Positions 29,011-39,718 of a stretch of DNA of 64,000 nt are shown in pieces. The first letter of the stretch is position 1. Each line of letters begins with the position of its first letter. Origin of the DNA: Vicinamibacteria bacterium (GTDB lineage: Bacteria; Acidobacteriota; Vicinamibacteria; Marinacidobacterales; Marinacidobacteraceae); contig OZ241322.1 of NCBI GenBank assembly GCA_965199715.1, forward strand, positions 1,952,001 to 2,016,000, given 5' to 3'. The notes under the pieces were generated by a model. That model was not told the DNA's origin. It saw only the letters and a list, made by a program, of their open reading frames with translations, and did no database searches. Both the position numbers and the translations under genes were made by a program.

Positions 29011-30012
29011 CTAGAGGCGCGTCAGCTCGTCCGCCTCGAACTCGGGGAGCTCCCGCCGGACCGATCCCCGCACGAGCGTGACGCCCTGCTCGGGCCGGGT
29101 GAACCGCCCGATCACCTGCGCCGGGACCTCGGCCTTCGCGAGCCCGTCGAGCAGCGCGCTCGCTCCGTCCTCGGCGCACGCGATCAGCAGCGCTCCCGAC
29201 CCGAGCGCGCCGAGGAGGTCGAGCCCGAAGCGCTTCAGGAGCCGTTTCGACTCGTAGTACCGGGGAATCTCGGCGTCGGCGACGACGCAGCCGACCCCCG
29301 ACGCCCCCGCCATCTCGCGGATCGCCGTGGCGACGCCGCCCTCGGTCACGTCGTGCATCGCATGCACTTCCGCAATCCCCGCCGCCGCCCGCGCGTCGGC
29401 GAGCACCGAGATCCCGGGGTCCTCGGCGAACCGCTCGCAGCGCCGGGCGAAGTCCGCTCCGAACTCTCGCTCGACCTCCTCCCGCCGCGCCGCGGCCACG
29501 ACCGCCGTGGCCTCGATCGCGATCCCCCGGGTGATGACGAGCAGGTCTCCCGACTGCGCGCCGCCGGTCGGCTTGATCCGCTCCGGAGTCGCGATCCCGA
29601 CCATGGCTCCCGCGACCACCGGCCGCGCGACCGCTCCCGTGATCTCGGTGTGCCCGGTCGCCGGAACCGCGCCGACCTCCCGGCAGCCCTCGGCGATTCC
29701 GTCGGCGATCCCGGCGAGCTCCTCCTCCGCGGTCCCCGGCGGAACGAGCACCGTGGAGAGGAACCAGCGCGGCTCGGCCCCGGTGGCGGCCACGTCGTTC
29801 GCGTTCACGATGACCGAATGCCAGCCCGGCCGCCGGGTCGGGAAGGTGACCGGATCGGCGGCGAGAACGAGCCGCGCGGTCCGGTCGCCGCGCGTCACCG
29901 CCGCGTCCTCTCCCGCGCCGGGACCGACCAGAAGATCCGGGTCGGACGCCCCGAGCCGCGCGAGCAAGGCGGCCAGGACGGCGGGAGGCGGCTTGCCCTC
30001 GGGCAGATCCAC
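29011..30012 (-). CDS. AIR synthase-related (PurM/HypE/ThiL superfamily) protein
   Basis: GKPPP, VGPGAGEDAAV, DPVT, VNANDVA..GAEPRW, GHTE, AMHDVTEGG. Confidence 0.85.
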   Translation of the reverse strand: MDLPEGKPPPAVLAALLARLGASDPDLLVGPGAGEDAAVTRGDRTARLVLAADPVTFPTRRPGWHSVIVNANDVAATGAEPRWFLSTVLVPPGTAEEELAGIADGIAEGCREVGAVPATGHTEITGAVARPVVAGAMVGIATPERIKPTGGAQSGDLLVITRGIAIEATAVVAAARREEVEREFGADFARRCERFAEDPGISVLADARAAAGIAEVHAMHDVTEGGVATAIREMAGASGVGCVVADAEIPRYYESKRLLKRFGLDLLGALGSGALLIACAEDGASALLDGLAKAEVPAQVIGRFTRPEQGVTLVRGSVRRELPEFEADELTRL

Positions 30013-30069
30013 GCCCCAATGCTACGGCCGCGTGAGTACACTCCGGCGCGTCGTGGCCCCCCTGCCGTC

Positions 30070-31443
30070 ATGCGAGTCGTAGTCCTCGGCGCGGGACAGA
30101 TGGGCGGACACCTGCTCCGCCAGTTGAGCCGGCTGCCGGAACAGCCCGACGTGACGCTCATCGAGCGCCATGGGGACACGGCCGAGGCGCTGGGCCGCAA
30201 GTTCGACATCGGCGTGGTCGGGGCGGACGCCTCGGTCCCCGCGGTGCTCGAGACCCACGCCCGCGACGCCGACGTGCTGTTCGCGCTCACGAACGACGAC
30301 GCGGCGAACATCGTCGCCGCGCTGACCGCGACCCATCCGGCCATCGGCGTCCGCCGCGCCGTGGTGCGGATCAGCGACCCCCGCCATCGGGACGGCCCGC
30401 TGCTCCGCGACGCCCCCAACATCGAGACCATCCTTCCCGAGGCGCTCATCGCCGAGGAGATCCTCGGGCTCATCCGGTTTCCCGGAACCCGGTCGGTCCG
30501 ATCGCTCGGCGACGGCGGCCTCGTGCTGCTGCGCGCCCGCCCCGCCCGCGAGTCGGTCTTCGGCCGCCCGCTCGCCGAGATCGACACCGCGCCCCGCGGC
30601 TGGATCCTCACCGGGATCCTGCGCCCGAACCGCTCCGCTCCCGAGCCGGACCTCATCATTCCGAGGGGCTCGACGCGCCTTCGCGAGGGCGACGAGGTGT
30701 TCGCCGTGGGACCCGAGGCCGAGGCCGACAACTTTCTCCACGCGATCGGCCTGCGCCACGAGCGGGTGCGACGGGTGATCGTGGCCGGCTACGGCCAAGT
30801 GGGTTCCCAGCTCCTCGAGCGGCTCCCGGCGAAAATCGACGTCACCGTCATCCGCCGGACCGCCGGGGCCGCCGACGTCCCCGGCCACGCGGTGACCATC
30901 CGCGGCGACGCCACCGACGAGGACATCCTCCGCGAGGCCGGCGCGGCGCGGGCGGACTGCTTCATCGCCCTCACCGGCGCGGACGAGGTCAACTTCATGG
31001 CCGCGTGGCTCGCGAAGAAGTCCGGCGCCAGCGCGACCATCGCGCTCCACAACCGCATCGTCTTCCAGACCCCGATGCTCCGCTCGGGGGTGGACTACCC
31101 GATCTGCCCGGCCAGCGTGGTGGTCGGCTCGCTCCTGAAGCCGCTGCACTCGCGGGCCATGATCCGGCTCGACTGGATCGACGGCGGCGGGGAGATCGTC
31201 GAGATCCAGGTGGTCGAGGGCGCCCCGGCGACCCGTGCGCCGCTGCAGGATCTGGACCTCCCCCGCGATTCGATCGTGGGCGAGCTGGTCCGGCCCGGCG
31301 TCGGAACGTTCGTTCCCGGCGGCTCGACCCGCTTCGAGGCGGGGGACATCGCCCTCGTCTTCTTCGCGATGCGCGGCGAACCGGGATCCCCGTTGAACGA
31401 GGCCGTGATCCTCGAGCTGGAGCGCCTGTTCGCCGGCGCCTGA
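30070..31443 (+). CDS. trkA: Trk potassium uptake regulatory subunit
   Basis: Two RCK/NAD-binding domains ([10 protein letters not shown]; [10 protein letters not shown]), [18 protein letters not shown]. Confidence 0.85.
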   Translation: MRVVVLGAGQMGGHLLRQLSRLPEQPDVTLIERHGDTAEALGRKFDIGVVGADASVPAVLETHARDADVLFALTNDDAANIVAALTATHPAIGVRRAVVRISDPRHRDGPLLRDAPNIETILPEALIAEEILGLIRFPGTRSVRSLGDGGLVLLRARPARESVFGRPLAEIDTAPRGWILTGILRPNRSAPEPDLIIPRGSTRLREGDEVFAVGPEAEADNFLHAIGLRHERVRRVIVAGYGQVGSQLLERLPAKIDVTVIRRTAGAADVPGHAVTIRGDATDEDILREAGAARADCFIALTGADEVNFMAAWLAKKSGASATIALHNRIVFQTPMLRSGVDYPICPASVVVGSLLKPLHSRAMIRLDWIDGGGEIVEIQVVEGAPATRAPLQDLDLPRDSIVGELVRPGVGTFVPGGSTRFEAGDIALVFFAMRGEPGSPLNEAVILELERLFAGA

Positions 31444-31446
31444 AGC

Positions 31447-32976
31447 GTGCGCTCCCGCGACGTCCTCGCGCTGCTCGGGCGGCTCGCCGGGGCGCTCGGC
31501 CTCGCGATGACGCCCTCGCTCGCGCTCGCGCTCGCGCTCGGCGAGTCGGCGTGGCCCGCCTTCGCGTTGTCGTCCGCGAGCCTCCTGCTCGTCGGCGTGC
31601 TGAGCTGGCGCGCGTCGCTCGACCGGGCCGGGCTCGAGGTCCAGCGGGAGGGGGTCGCCGCGTTCCGCTTCGTGGTGGCCGCGTGGTGCCTCGCCACGTT
31701 CGCCGGGGCGCTGCCCTACGTCCTCCACTTCGGGGTCGGCTTCTGGGTGGACGGCGTCTTCGAGTCGGCGTCCGGCTTCTCCACGACCGGCGCCAGCATC
31801 TTCGCCGACGTGGAGTCGCTGCCCCGCTCCGTCCTCCTCTGGCGGGCGCTCACCCAGTGGCTCGGCGGGCTCGGCGTGGTGATCCTCTTCGTCTGGATCC
31901 TCGGCGCCCGGCAGTGGGGCGTGGAGGTGCTCTCGGCGGAAGCGCCCGGCCCGACCCCCGAAAAGACCGAGCCCCGGCTCACCGAGACCGCCCGCGACAT
32001 CGTGGTCGTGGGGGCCGCGCTCACCGTCATCCTCGCGGTCATCCTCGTCGGCCTCGGCCTCTCCGCGTTCGACGCGGTCTGCCACGCGATGACCACCCTC
32101 GCCACCGGGGGCTTCTCGACCCGCAACGAATCCATCGGCGCGTTCTCGCCGGCCGTGCAGTGGACGATCGGGGCGTTCATGGTGCTGGGCGGCATGCGCT
32201 TCGCCATCCACGTCTATGAAGTGCGGCGGCTGGGCGCCCGGCTGCGGAACCTGTGGTGGCGGGTCTGGGACCGCCGCCGCCGTCCGGTCCCCGCGAGCCC
32301 GATCGCGAGCTATCTCGGCGATCCGGAGCTGCGCCTGTACGCCGGCGTTCTCGCGGTCGCCACCGCGGCGTTCGCGTTCTCCCGGCTCGGAGCCGGCGAC
32401 GAGGGCGCGACCGCGCTGCGCGACGCCTTCTTCCAGACCGCCTCGATCGTGACCGCGTCCGGCTTCTCGACCGCCGACTGGAACCAGTGGTCGGAGCCCG
32501 CCCGCATCCTCGTGCTGCTGCTGATGTTCGTCGGCGGATGCGTCGGCTCCACGTCCGGCTCGATCAAGATCCTGCGTTGGGCGATCGTGCTCAAGATGCT
32601 CCCCGCGAGCCTGCGGACGCTCCACCAGCCCCACGCCGAGCTGGGAGTCCGGCTCGGCGCCCAACCGGTGGCGCCCGCGATCGCCTCGACGATGGCCCCG
32701 TTCGTCCTGCTGTTCGTCGGGACCGCGGTGGGGGCCGGCTTCCTGCTGGTCGCGATGGGGCTCGACCCGATGACCGGGTTGAGCGCCGGGGTCGCCGCGG
32801 TCACGAACGTGGGGCCGGCGCTCGGCGGAGTGGGGCCGGCCTCGAACTACGCGGCGATCCCGGATCCGGCGAAGCTGCTGCTCGCGGCGCTCATGATCGT
32901 CGGACGGCTCGAGATCGCGACGGTGGCCGTGCTCTTCCTCGGCCCGCTGCGAGCGCTCGCGCTGCGGCTGCGCTGA
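31447..32976 (+). CDS. trkH: Trk potassium uptake membrane subunit
   Basis: [60 protein letters not shown]. Confidence 0.92.
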   Translation: MRSRDVLALLGRLAGALGLAMTPSLALALALGESAWPAFALSSASLLLVGVLSWRASLDRAGLEVQREGVAAFRFVVAAWCLATFAGALPYVLHFGVGFWVDGVFESASGFSTTGASIFADVESLPRSVLLWRALTQWLGGLGVVILFVWILGARQWGVEVLSAEAPGPTPEKTEPRLTETARDIVVVGAALTVILAVILVGLGLSAFDAVCHAMTTLATGGFSTRNESIGAFSPAVQWTIGAFMVLGGMRFAIHVYEVRRLGARLRNLWWRVWDRRRRPVPASPIASYLGDPELRLYAGVLAVATAAFAFSRLGAGDEGATALRDAFFQTASIVTASGFSTADWNQWSEPARILVLLLMFVGGCVGSTSGSIKILRWAIVLKMLPASLRTLHQPHAELGVRLGAQPVAPAIASTMAPFVLLFVGTAVGAGFLLVAMGLDPMTGLSAGVAAVTNVGPALGGVGPASNYAAIPDPAKLLLAALMIVGRLEIATVAVLFLGPLRALALRLR

Positions 32977-32986
32977 CCCGCGCCCG

Positions 32987-32992
32987 TAGAAT
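32987..32992 (+). promoter_or_regulatory. Putative -10 box (TAGAAT) of leaderless acs transcript
   Basis: TAGAAT lies 7 nt before the acs ATG (33000); no SD. Confidence 0.55.
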
Positions 32993-32999
32993 CCTCTCG

Positions 33000-34943
33000 A
33001 TGTCCGAGATCGAAACGCTGTTGCGCGAGGGTCGGCAATACGCCCCGCCCGCCGGGTTCCGGGCCGCCGCGAACGTCCGCGACGACTCGATCTACGAGGA
33101 GGCGGCGCGCGATCCGGAGCGGTTCTGGGAGCGCGGCGCCGAGCGGCTCGAGTGGAGCCGCCGGTGGGACCGGGTGCTCGACTGGGATCCGCCCTTCGCC
33201 CGCTGGTTTCCCGGCGGCAAGCTGAACGCGAGCGTCAACTGCCTCGACCGCCACCTCCGGGACGGTCACGGCGGCCGGACCGCGATCCTCTTCGAGGGCG
33301 AGCCGGGCGACCGCCGCGCGATCACCTACGCCGAGCTCCACCGCGACGTCTGCCGCTTGGCCAACGTGCTGCGCGGACTCGGCGTGCGGAAGGGAGACCG
33401 GGTCGCGATCTACCTCCCGATGATCCCCGAGCTTCCGGTCGCGATGCTCGCGTGCGCCCGGATCGGCGCGCCGCACAGCGTCGTCTTCGCCGGCTTCTCG
33501 GCCCAGTCGCTGCGCGACCGCATCAACGACGCCGAGGCGAAGGTCCTCGTCACCGCCGACGGCGGCTGGCGGCGCGGAAAGGTCGTTCCGCTGAAGGCGC
33601 TCGCCGACGAGGCGCTCGAGGGCGCCCCGGGCGTGACCGCTTCGGTGGTCGTCCGCCGCACCGGCGAGGACGTCCCGATGCGCGCCGGGCGCGACCACGA
33701 CTTCGCCGACCTGATGGCCGGAGCCGCCGACGAGGCGGCGCCCGAGGAAATGGACGCCGAGGACGTCCTCTACATCCTCTACACGTCGGGCACCACGGGG
33801 AAGCCCAAGGGCATCGTCCACACCACCGGCGGCTACCTGACCGGCGTCACGACCACCGCGCGGGCGGTGTTCGACCTGAAGCCGGAAAGCGACGTCTGGT
33901 GGGCGGCGGCCGACATCGGCTGGGTCACCGGCCACTCCTACATCGTGTACGGATCCATGGCGCTCGGGATGACGCAGGTTCTCTACGAGGGCGCCATCGA
34001 CTGGCCCGACCGCGCCCGCCTCTGGTCCATCGTGGAGCGCTACCGGGTCACCTGCTTCTACACCGCTCCGACCGCGATCCGGGCGTTCATGAAGTGGGGG
34101 CGCCGGCATCCGGCGGGGGCGGACCTGTCCTCGCTGCGGCTCCTCGGCACGGTGGGGGAGCCGATCAACCCGGAGGCGTGGGTCTGGTACCACCGCGAGA
34201 TCGGCGGCGGCCGCTGCCCGGTCGTGGACACGTGGTGGCAGACCGAGACCGGGATGGTGATGTGCGCTCCGCTTCCCGGGGTCACCGCGCTCAAGCCCGG
34301 TTCCGCGACCCGCGCCTTTCCCGGGATCGCGCTCGAGATCCGCGACCGCGACGGGGCGACCGTGTCGGTCGGCGGCGGGCTGCTCGCGATCAGCCGGCCG
34401 TGGCCGGCGATGCTGCGCGGAATCTGGGGCGACGAGCGGCGGTTCCGGGACACCTACTGGAGCCGCTTCGAGGAGGGCGCGTACTTCCCCGCCGACGGGG
34501 CCCGGCTCGACGAGGACGGGTACTTCTGGATCCTCGGGCGCGTGGACGACGTGCTGAACGTGTCGGGGCACCGCATCGGCACCATGGAGGTCGAGAGCGC
34601 GCTCGTCGAGCACGACGCCGTGGCGGAGGCCGCGGTGGTCGGCCGACCGCACGACCTGAAGGGCGAATGCGTCGTGGCCTACGTCGTCCTTCGCGAGGGC
34701 GTCGAGCGCGACGACGCGCTCATACCCGAGCTCAAGCGGCACGTGAGCAAGGCGATCGGTCCGATCGCCCGGCCCGACGACATTTACTTCGCGGCCGACG
34801 TCCCGAAGACCCGCTCGGGAAAGATCATGCGGCGGCTGCTCCGGGACATCGCCGCGGGAAAGGCGATCGGCGACACGACGACGCTGGCCGACCCGGCGGT
34901 CGTGGCGCGCATGCAGAAGGAATACGGAAGCCGGGAAGGCTGA
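33000..34943 (+). CDS. acs: Acetate--CoA ligase (AMP-forming)
   Basis: [65 protein letters not shown]. Confidence 0.96.
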   Translation: MSEIETLLREGRQYAPPAGFRAAANVRDDSIYEEAARDPERFWERGAERLEWSRRWDRVLDWDPPFARWFPGGKLNASVNCLDRHLRDGHGGRTAILFEGEPGDRRAITYAELHRDVCRLANVLRGLGVRKGDRVAIYLPMIPELPVAMLACARIGAPHSVVFAGFSAQSLRDRINDAEAKVLVTADGGWRRGKVVPLKALADEALEGAPGVTASVVVRRTGEDVPMRAGRDHDFADLMAGAADEAAPEEMDAEDVLYILYTSGTTGKPKGIVHTTGGYLTGVTTTARAVFDLKPESDVWWAAADIGWVTGHSYIVYGSMALGMTQVLYEGAIDWPDRARLWSIVERYRVTCFYTAPTAIRAFMKWGRRHPAGADLSSLRLLGTVGEPINPEAWVWYHREIGGGRCPVVDTWWQTETGMVMCAPLPGVTALKPGSATRAFPGIALEIRDRDGATVSVGGGLLAISRPWPAMLRGIWGDERRFRDTYWSRFEEGAYFPADGARLDEDGYFWILGRVDDVLNVSGHRIGTMEVESALVEHDAVAEAAVVGRPHDLKGECVVAYVVLREGVERDDALIPELKRHVSKAIGPIARPDDIYFAADVPKTRSGKIMRRLLRDIAAGKAIGDTTTLADPAVVARMQKEYGSREG

Positions 34944-34948
34944 TTCGG

Positions 34949-34975
34949 CGGCGAGTTCTCTGCAATTCGCCGATT
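34949..34975 (+). terminator. Hairpin downstream of acs, possible terminator
   Basis: CGGCGAGTT-ctctgc-AATTCGCCG inverted repeat 5 nt after the stop; only a short ATTT tail. Confidence 0.35.
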
Positions 34976-35260
34976 TCGCGCACGGAATCGCTCCGGGCTG
35001 CGTGTTTGACAAGCAGCCCCTTCGAGGAGTTCCCACATGCCCCCGCCGCGCCGGACGTCAGGCTCCGGCTGACCGCGGTGGAGACGCGGTTGATCGGGGT
35101 GGAAGCGCGCGTCCGTGCGGCGGCGCCGACGCTCGCGCGGACCTCGCGCACCAGGAAATTCGAGAACCCGTGCTGCTCGTCGCGCTCGAAAGGCGCAACG
35201 AGCGCATCTCATGGGCGTCGAACCCAGCCGCCTCGAGCTCGTCCAGCGCATCCGGCGGCT

Positions 35261-35428
35261 CTACGCAGTGGACCTTGAAGGCCGGGCCTTCGGGTCGCGG
35301 GTGAGCGGGAGGCTGAGGAAGCACTCGAACCTCGACCTGACCCTGTCGGGTTGGCGGTCGTCGCCCGCGAACTCGACGTGGCTGCTTGCGTCCCGGGCGA
35401 TGAGCTCGAGGAGTGGCTTCATGTCCAT
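35261..35428 (-). pseudogene. Degenerate remnant resembling the N-terminus of a Schlafen/AlbA_2-domain protein
   Basis: GGAG SD then MDMKPLLELIARDASSHVEFAGDDRQPDRV, similar to the LLELIxxGExxxVEFKxDxxxP starts of AlbA_2 proteins; stops after 55 aa. Confidence 0.35.
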
Positions 35429-35510
35429 GACTCCACCCCGCGACGGGCGTCGCCCCGCCGGTTCTCTACAATCCGGTGGTTGGGCCGCCATCGGCCCGAG
35501 GGAGCGTCGC

Positions 35511-37577
35511 ATGTCCGGAACTCGTCGCCTCGTGGCCGTCGCGCTCCTCCTCGGGGCGCCCGCCGCCGCCCAGGAGACGGCCGGGGAGGGCCGCCTCGTC
35601 GCTTCGCACGTCCTCGACTGGGAGGGCGTTTCCGGGCCGGTGATCTCGCCCGACGGCGCGACCGTGATCTACGCGCGGCGCCACGTGGATCGCCAGACTG
35701 ACAGTTGGGCGTCCGAGCTGTGGACCGTGGGCGCGGACGGCTCGAACCACCGCTTCCTCATCAAGGGGTCCTCGCCGGTCTGGGCTCCCGACGGCTCGCG
35801 CATCGCCTTCATCGCCGAGGACGACAACGGCAAGCCGCAGATCTTCGTCCGCTGGATGGACGACGAGGGTTCGGTCTCGCCGGTGACGCGCGACGGCTCC
35901 GCCCCCCGCGACGTCCACTGGTCGCCGGACTCCTCGATGATCGCCTTCACCCGCATGGTTCCGCATCCGGAGACGTGGGACCTGCCCTCGCTGCCCAAGC
36001 CGCCCGCGGGCGCCGAGTGGACGAAGCCGCCCCGGATCGTGCGCAAGATGCACTTCCGGCAGGATCGGGTGGGCTTCCTCGAGGAGGGCTACCGCCACCT
36101 CTTCGTGGTTCCGGCCGACGGCGGCGCGGCCCGGCAGTTGACCGAGGGCGAGTGGCACGTCGGCTCGAGGGGCGCGGTCGGTCTCGACTACGGCGCCGGG
36201 ATCGACTGGACGCCCGACGGGAGCGGGCTGGTCTTCGACGCGTCGCGCGCCGAGGACGCGGACCTTCGCTACCGGGAATCCCACATCCACCTGGTCGAAC
36301 TGGAGACCGGGACGATTCGCCAGATCACGAGCGCCCGCGGCCCGTGGTCCGGCCCCGTGGTCTCGCCCGACGGCATGCGCGTCGCGTTCGGCGGCTACGA
36401 CTGGACCGCGCAGACCTACAAGACCTCCGACCTCCACGTCATCGACATGGACGGCTCGAACATGCAGGCGCTCACGACGGCGCTCGACCGGGACGCGGCC
36501 AACCCGTTCTGGAGCGGGGACGGCGATGCGGTCTTCTTCACCGCCGACGACCGGGGTTCGCGCAACCTGCATCGCGCCTCGCTCTCCGGCGAGACCAGCC
36601 CCGTCACCGAGGGGACCCACATGCTGTCGGTCTCGTCAGTGTCGGACGGCGGCATGGCGGTCGGCACGCGCACCTCGCCCCATGAGCCCGCCGACGTGGT
36701 CGCGTTTCCGCTGGACAGCCCCGACCGCATCCGCCAGCTCACGCACGTGAACGACGACGCGCTCGCGGGCGTCCAGCTCGGCGAGGTCGAGGAGATCTGG
36801 TACGACTCGACCGGCGGAGCCCGCGTGCAGGGATGGGTCGTGAAGCCCCCGGACTTCGACGCCTCGCGCGCCTGGCCGATGGTCCTGTACATTCACGGCG
36901 GCCCGCACGGGATGTACAACGTCGGCTTCAACAGCTCCTTCCAGAACCTGGCCGCGAACGGCTACCTCGTCCTCTACGTGAACCCGAGGGGCAGCACCGG
37001 ATACGGAACCGACTTCGGAAACGCGATCGACAACGGCTACCCGAGCGTGGACTACGACGACCTCATGGCCGGCGTGGACGCGCTCATCGGCCAGGGTTCG
37101 GTGGACGAGTCGCGCATGTACGTCACCGGCTGCAGCGGCGGGGGCGTCCTCTCCTCGTGGGTGATCGGCCATACGAACCGGTTCGCCGCCGCCGCCGTGC
37201 GCTGCCCGGTAGTGAACTGGATGAGCTTCGCCGGCACCGCCGACATCGTCCGCTGGGGCTACAACCGCTACCACGGATACCCGTGGGACAACGCCGAGAA
37301 GTACCTCGAGCACTCGCCGCTGATGCACGTCGGCAAGGTCACCACCCCGACGCTGCTGATGACCGGGGAACTGGACCTCCGCACCCCGATGAGCCAGACC
37401 GAGGAGTACTACCAGGCGCTCAAGGCGCTCGACGTGCCCACCGAGATGGTCCGCTTCCACCGCGAGTACCACGGCACGAGCTCGCAGCCCTCGAATTTCG
37501 TCCGCACCCAGCTCTACATGCTGGACTGGTTCTCGCGCTACTCGCGCGACGCCGCGATGGAGACCGAGGAGCGATGA
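35511..37577 (+). CDS. S9 family (prolyl oligopeptidase/acylaminoacyl) peptidase, secreted
   Basis: WD40/PD40-like propeller, then IHGGPH, NPRGSTGYG, nucleophile elbow GCSGGG, GELDLRTP, EYHG. Confidence 0.92.
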   Translation: MSGTRRLVAVALLLGAPAAAQETAGEGRLVASHVLDWEGVSGPVISPDGATVIYARRHVDRQTDSWASELWTVGADGSNHRFLIKGSSPVWAPDGSRIAFIAEDDNGKPQIFVRWMDDEGSVSPVTRDGSAPRDVHWSPDSSMIAFTRMVPHPETWDLPSLPKPPAGAEWTKPPRIVRKMHFRQDRVGFLEEGYRHLFVVPADGGAARQLTEGEWHVGSRGAVGLDYGAGIDWTPDGSGLVFDASRAEDADLRYRESHIHLVELETGTIRQITSARGPWSGPVVSPDGMRVAFGGYDWTAQTYKTSDLHVIDMDGSNMQALTTALDRDAANPFWSGDGDAVFFTADDRGSRNLHRASLSGETSPVTEGTHMLSVSSVSDGGMAVGTRTSPHEPADVVAFPLDSPDRIRQLTHVNDDALAGVQLGEVEEIWYDSTGGARVQGWVVKPPDFDASRAWPMVLYIHGGPHGMYNVGFNSSFQNLAANGYLVLYVNPRGSTGYGTDFGNAIDNGYPSVDYDDLMAGVDALIGQGSVDESRMYVTGCSGGGVLSSWVIGHTNRFAAAAVRCPVVNWMSFAGTADIVRWGYNRYHGYPWDNAEKYLEHSPLMHVGKVTTPTLLMTGELDLRTPMSQTEEYYQALKALDVPTEMVRFHREYHGTSSQPSNFVRTQLYMLDWFSRYSRDAAMETEER

Positions 37578-38008
37578 GCGCGCGGCTGCTCGTCGGATTC
37601 CTCCTTGGGGGCGTCGCCGGGTACGCCCTGGGCGGCCTCCCGGCGCAGGACGAGCTCCCGGCGGCGTGGCGGAGCGCGAGCGGGACCGAGATCCGGCTTC
37701 TCCTCTCCGAGTCCAACCTCGGCGGCGGCGAACTGGAGGTCGGCGAGATCACCTTCGCGCCGGGCACGAACTCGGGAGACCACCTTCACGGGGCCACCGA
37801 GGTGTTCTACGTGCTCGAGGGCCAACTGGAGCACGTGGTCGATGGCGTCTCCGAGATCCTCGGCCCCGGTGATCTCGGCTTCGTCCGCCCGCCGTCCGAG
37901 GTGAACCACGTCACTCCCGTGGGCGGCCCCCCGACGCGGGCGCTCGTGATCTGGGCCCCGGGCGGCGAGGGAACCCGGATCGTCAGCGGCTGGGAACGCG
38001 TCCGCTGA
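37574..38008 (+). CDS. Cupin domain protein
   Basis: HLHGATEVFYVLEGQLEH...VNH metal motif; ATGA overlap with the peptidase stop. Confidence 0.85.
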   Translation: MSARLLVGFLLGGVAGYALGGLPAQDELPAAWRSASGTEIRLLLSESNLGGGELEVGEITFAPGTNSGDHLHGATEVFYVLEGQLEHVVDGVSEILGPGDLGFVRPPSEVNHVTPVGGPPTRALVIWAPGGEGTRIVSGWERVR

Positions 38009-38029
38009 CCCGCGCGCGCGGGAACCGGC

Positions 38030-38896
38030 ATGCGCTGGCGCTTCCGGTTCACCGCGCTCACCGCGCTCGCGACCTGGGTTCTCATGGGCTGGGGCGCGTT
38101 CGTCACGAGCATCGAGGCCGGGCTCGCTGTGCCCGACTGGCCCTCGTCGTATTCCTCGTGGGATCCCCTCAACCCCTGGCCCGGGTGGTGGCGCGTCACG
38201 CCGCTTCTCGCCGAGCACGGCCATCGCCTTCTCGGCATGGCTGTCGGGATGCTCACCGTCGCCCTCGCGATCTGGACCTGGATCGCGGAGTCCCGGCGGT
38301 GGCTGCGCTGGCTCTCGCTGGGCGCCGCGGCGCTCGTCTCGTTCCAGGGACTCCTCGGCGGCCTCCGGGTGGTCTGGCTCTCGCTCGACCTCGCGGTCGT
38401 CCACGCCTCGGTCGCCCAACTCTTCCTCGCGCTCGTCGCCGGCATGGCGCTGTTCACGTCCCCGGCGTGGCTGCGCGGGGACGCGCCGGCGCCGGGCCTC
38501 CATCGGCCGACGCTGTTCCTCGCCGTCGCGATCTGGGGCCAGATCCTCCTCGGCGCGCTGCTCCGCCATCCGGGAACCGGGCTGGATCCGCTTCTGGCGA
38601 CGGTCCACATCGGCGGGGCGCTCGTCGTCCTTTTCGGCGCGCTTGCGCTGTTCCGATGCACGCCCCGCAGCGCGCCGGTGGTCAGCCCGGCCTCGCGGCT
38701 TCTCGCCGTCCTCGTCGTGGTCCAGGCGTTCCTCGGACTCTTCGCGTGGCTCGTCACGCTCGATGACGCGGGGATGCTGGTCCCGAGCAACCTGCAGGTC
38801 GTCCTGAACACCTCGCACGCCTCGCTCGGCGCCATCCTGATGGCGATCGGAGCGGTCGCCGCCCTCGCCGCATGGCGATTCCGGGAAGCGTCGTGA
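38030..38896 (+). CDS. ctaA: Heme A synthase (COX15/CtaA)
   Basis: GAFVTSIEAGLAVPDWP, EHGHRLLG, QGLLGGLRV, VVHAS, TSHASLG; about 8 TM segments. Confidence 0.88.
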   Translation: MRWRFRFTALTALATWVLMGWGAFVTSIEAGLAVPDWPSSYSSWDPLNPWPGWWRVTPLLAEHGHRLLGMAVGMLTVALAIWTWIAESRRWLRWLSLGAAALVSFQGLLGGLRVVWLSLDLAVVHASVAQLFLALVAGMALFTSPAWLRGDAPAPGLHRPTLFLAVAIWGQILLGALLRHPGTGLDPLLATVHIGGALVVLFGALALFRCTPRSAPVVSPASRLLAVLVVVQAFLGLFAWLVTLDDAGMLVPSNLQVVLNTSHASLGAILMAIGAVAALAAWRFREAS

Positions 38897-39714
38897 TCCG
38901 CCCGTACCTCGAGCTGGCGAAACCCGAGATCACGCTGTTGGTCGCGCTGTCGGCGACCGCGGGGTTCCTGCTCGCGCCCGTCGCGTTCGATCCGGCGCGG
39001 CTCGCCTTCCTGCTGCTCGGGGTCGCGCTCGGGAGCGGCGGCGCGTCGGCGCTGAACCACTGGATGGAGCGGGACCTCGACGCCCGGATGCGCCGCGCCC
39101 GGGGGCGGCCGCTGGCTTCCGGCCGCCTTGTCCCCGGGCGGGCGCTCGCGTTCGGCGTCCTGCTGGTCGCGATCGGGGTCGGGTCGCTCGCGTGGACCGT
39201 GAACCTCCTGACCGGGGCGCTCGTCCTCGCTTCGGCGCTGCTGTACGTGTTCGCCTACACGCCGCTCAAGCGCCGCTCTCCCTGGAACACGGTCGTCGTC
39301 GGCGCGGTTCCCGGCGCCCTTCCGGCGCTGTGCGGCTGGACCGCGGCCGTCGGCTCGGTCGATTGGGGCGGGATCGCGGCGTTCGCGATCCTCGCGCTCT
39401 GGCAGCTTCCCCACTTCCTGCCGCTCGCGTGGATGCACCGCGACGACTACCGGCGTGGCGGCTTCGTCATGCTCCCGGTCGCCGATCCCTCCGGGGACTC
39501 CACGGCCCGCCAGACGCTCGTCCTCGCCGCCGCGCTCCTGCCCGTCAGCCTCGCGCCGGCCTTTCCGTCGCTCGCCGGATGGATCTACGCGGCCGGCGCG
39601 GCGATCGCCTTCCACCGCACCCGGGCCGTCGCCGACGCCAGGCGCGTGCTGCTCGTCTCGACTCGCTACGTCCCGGCGCTGGTGCTCCTGCTCGCGCTGG
39701 ACCGGTTCCGGTAA
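38893..39714 (+). CDS. ctaB: Protoheme IX farnesyltransferase (heme O synthase)
   Basis: YLELAKP, NHWMERDLDARMRRARGRPLASG, YTPLKR, GAVPGALP, WQLPHF, DDYRRGG. Confidence 0.9.
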   Translation: MIRPYLELAKPEITLLVALSATAGFLLAPVAFDPARLAFLLLGVALGSGGASALNHWMERDLDARMRRARGRPLASGRLVPGRALAFGVLLVAIGVGSLAWTVNLLTGALVLASALLYVFAYTPLKRRSPWNTVVVGAVPGALPALCGWTAAVGSVDWGGIAAFAILALWQLPHFLPLAWMHRDDYRRGGFVMLPVADPSGDSTARQTLVLAAALLPVSLAPAFPSLAGWIYAAGAAIAFHRTRAVADARRVLLVSTRYVPALVLLLALDRFR

Positions 39715-39718
39715 CCGC

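Noticed and set aside
29011-30012. Possible selenophosphate synthetase SelD supporting the selenoprotein
   Set aside because: Lacks the N-terminal Cys/Sec-x-x-Lys and DFF motifs of SelD; fits the generic AIR-synthase-related family.
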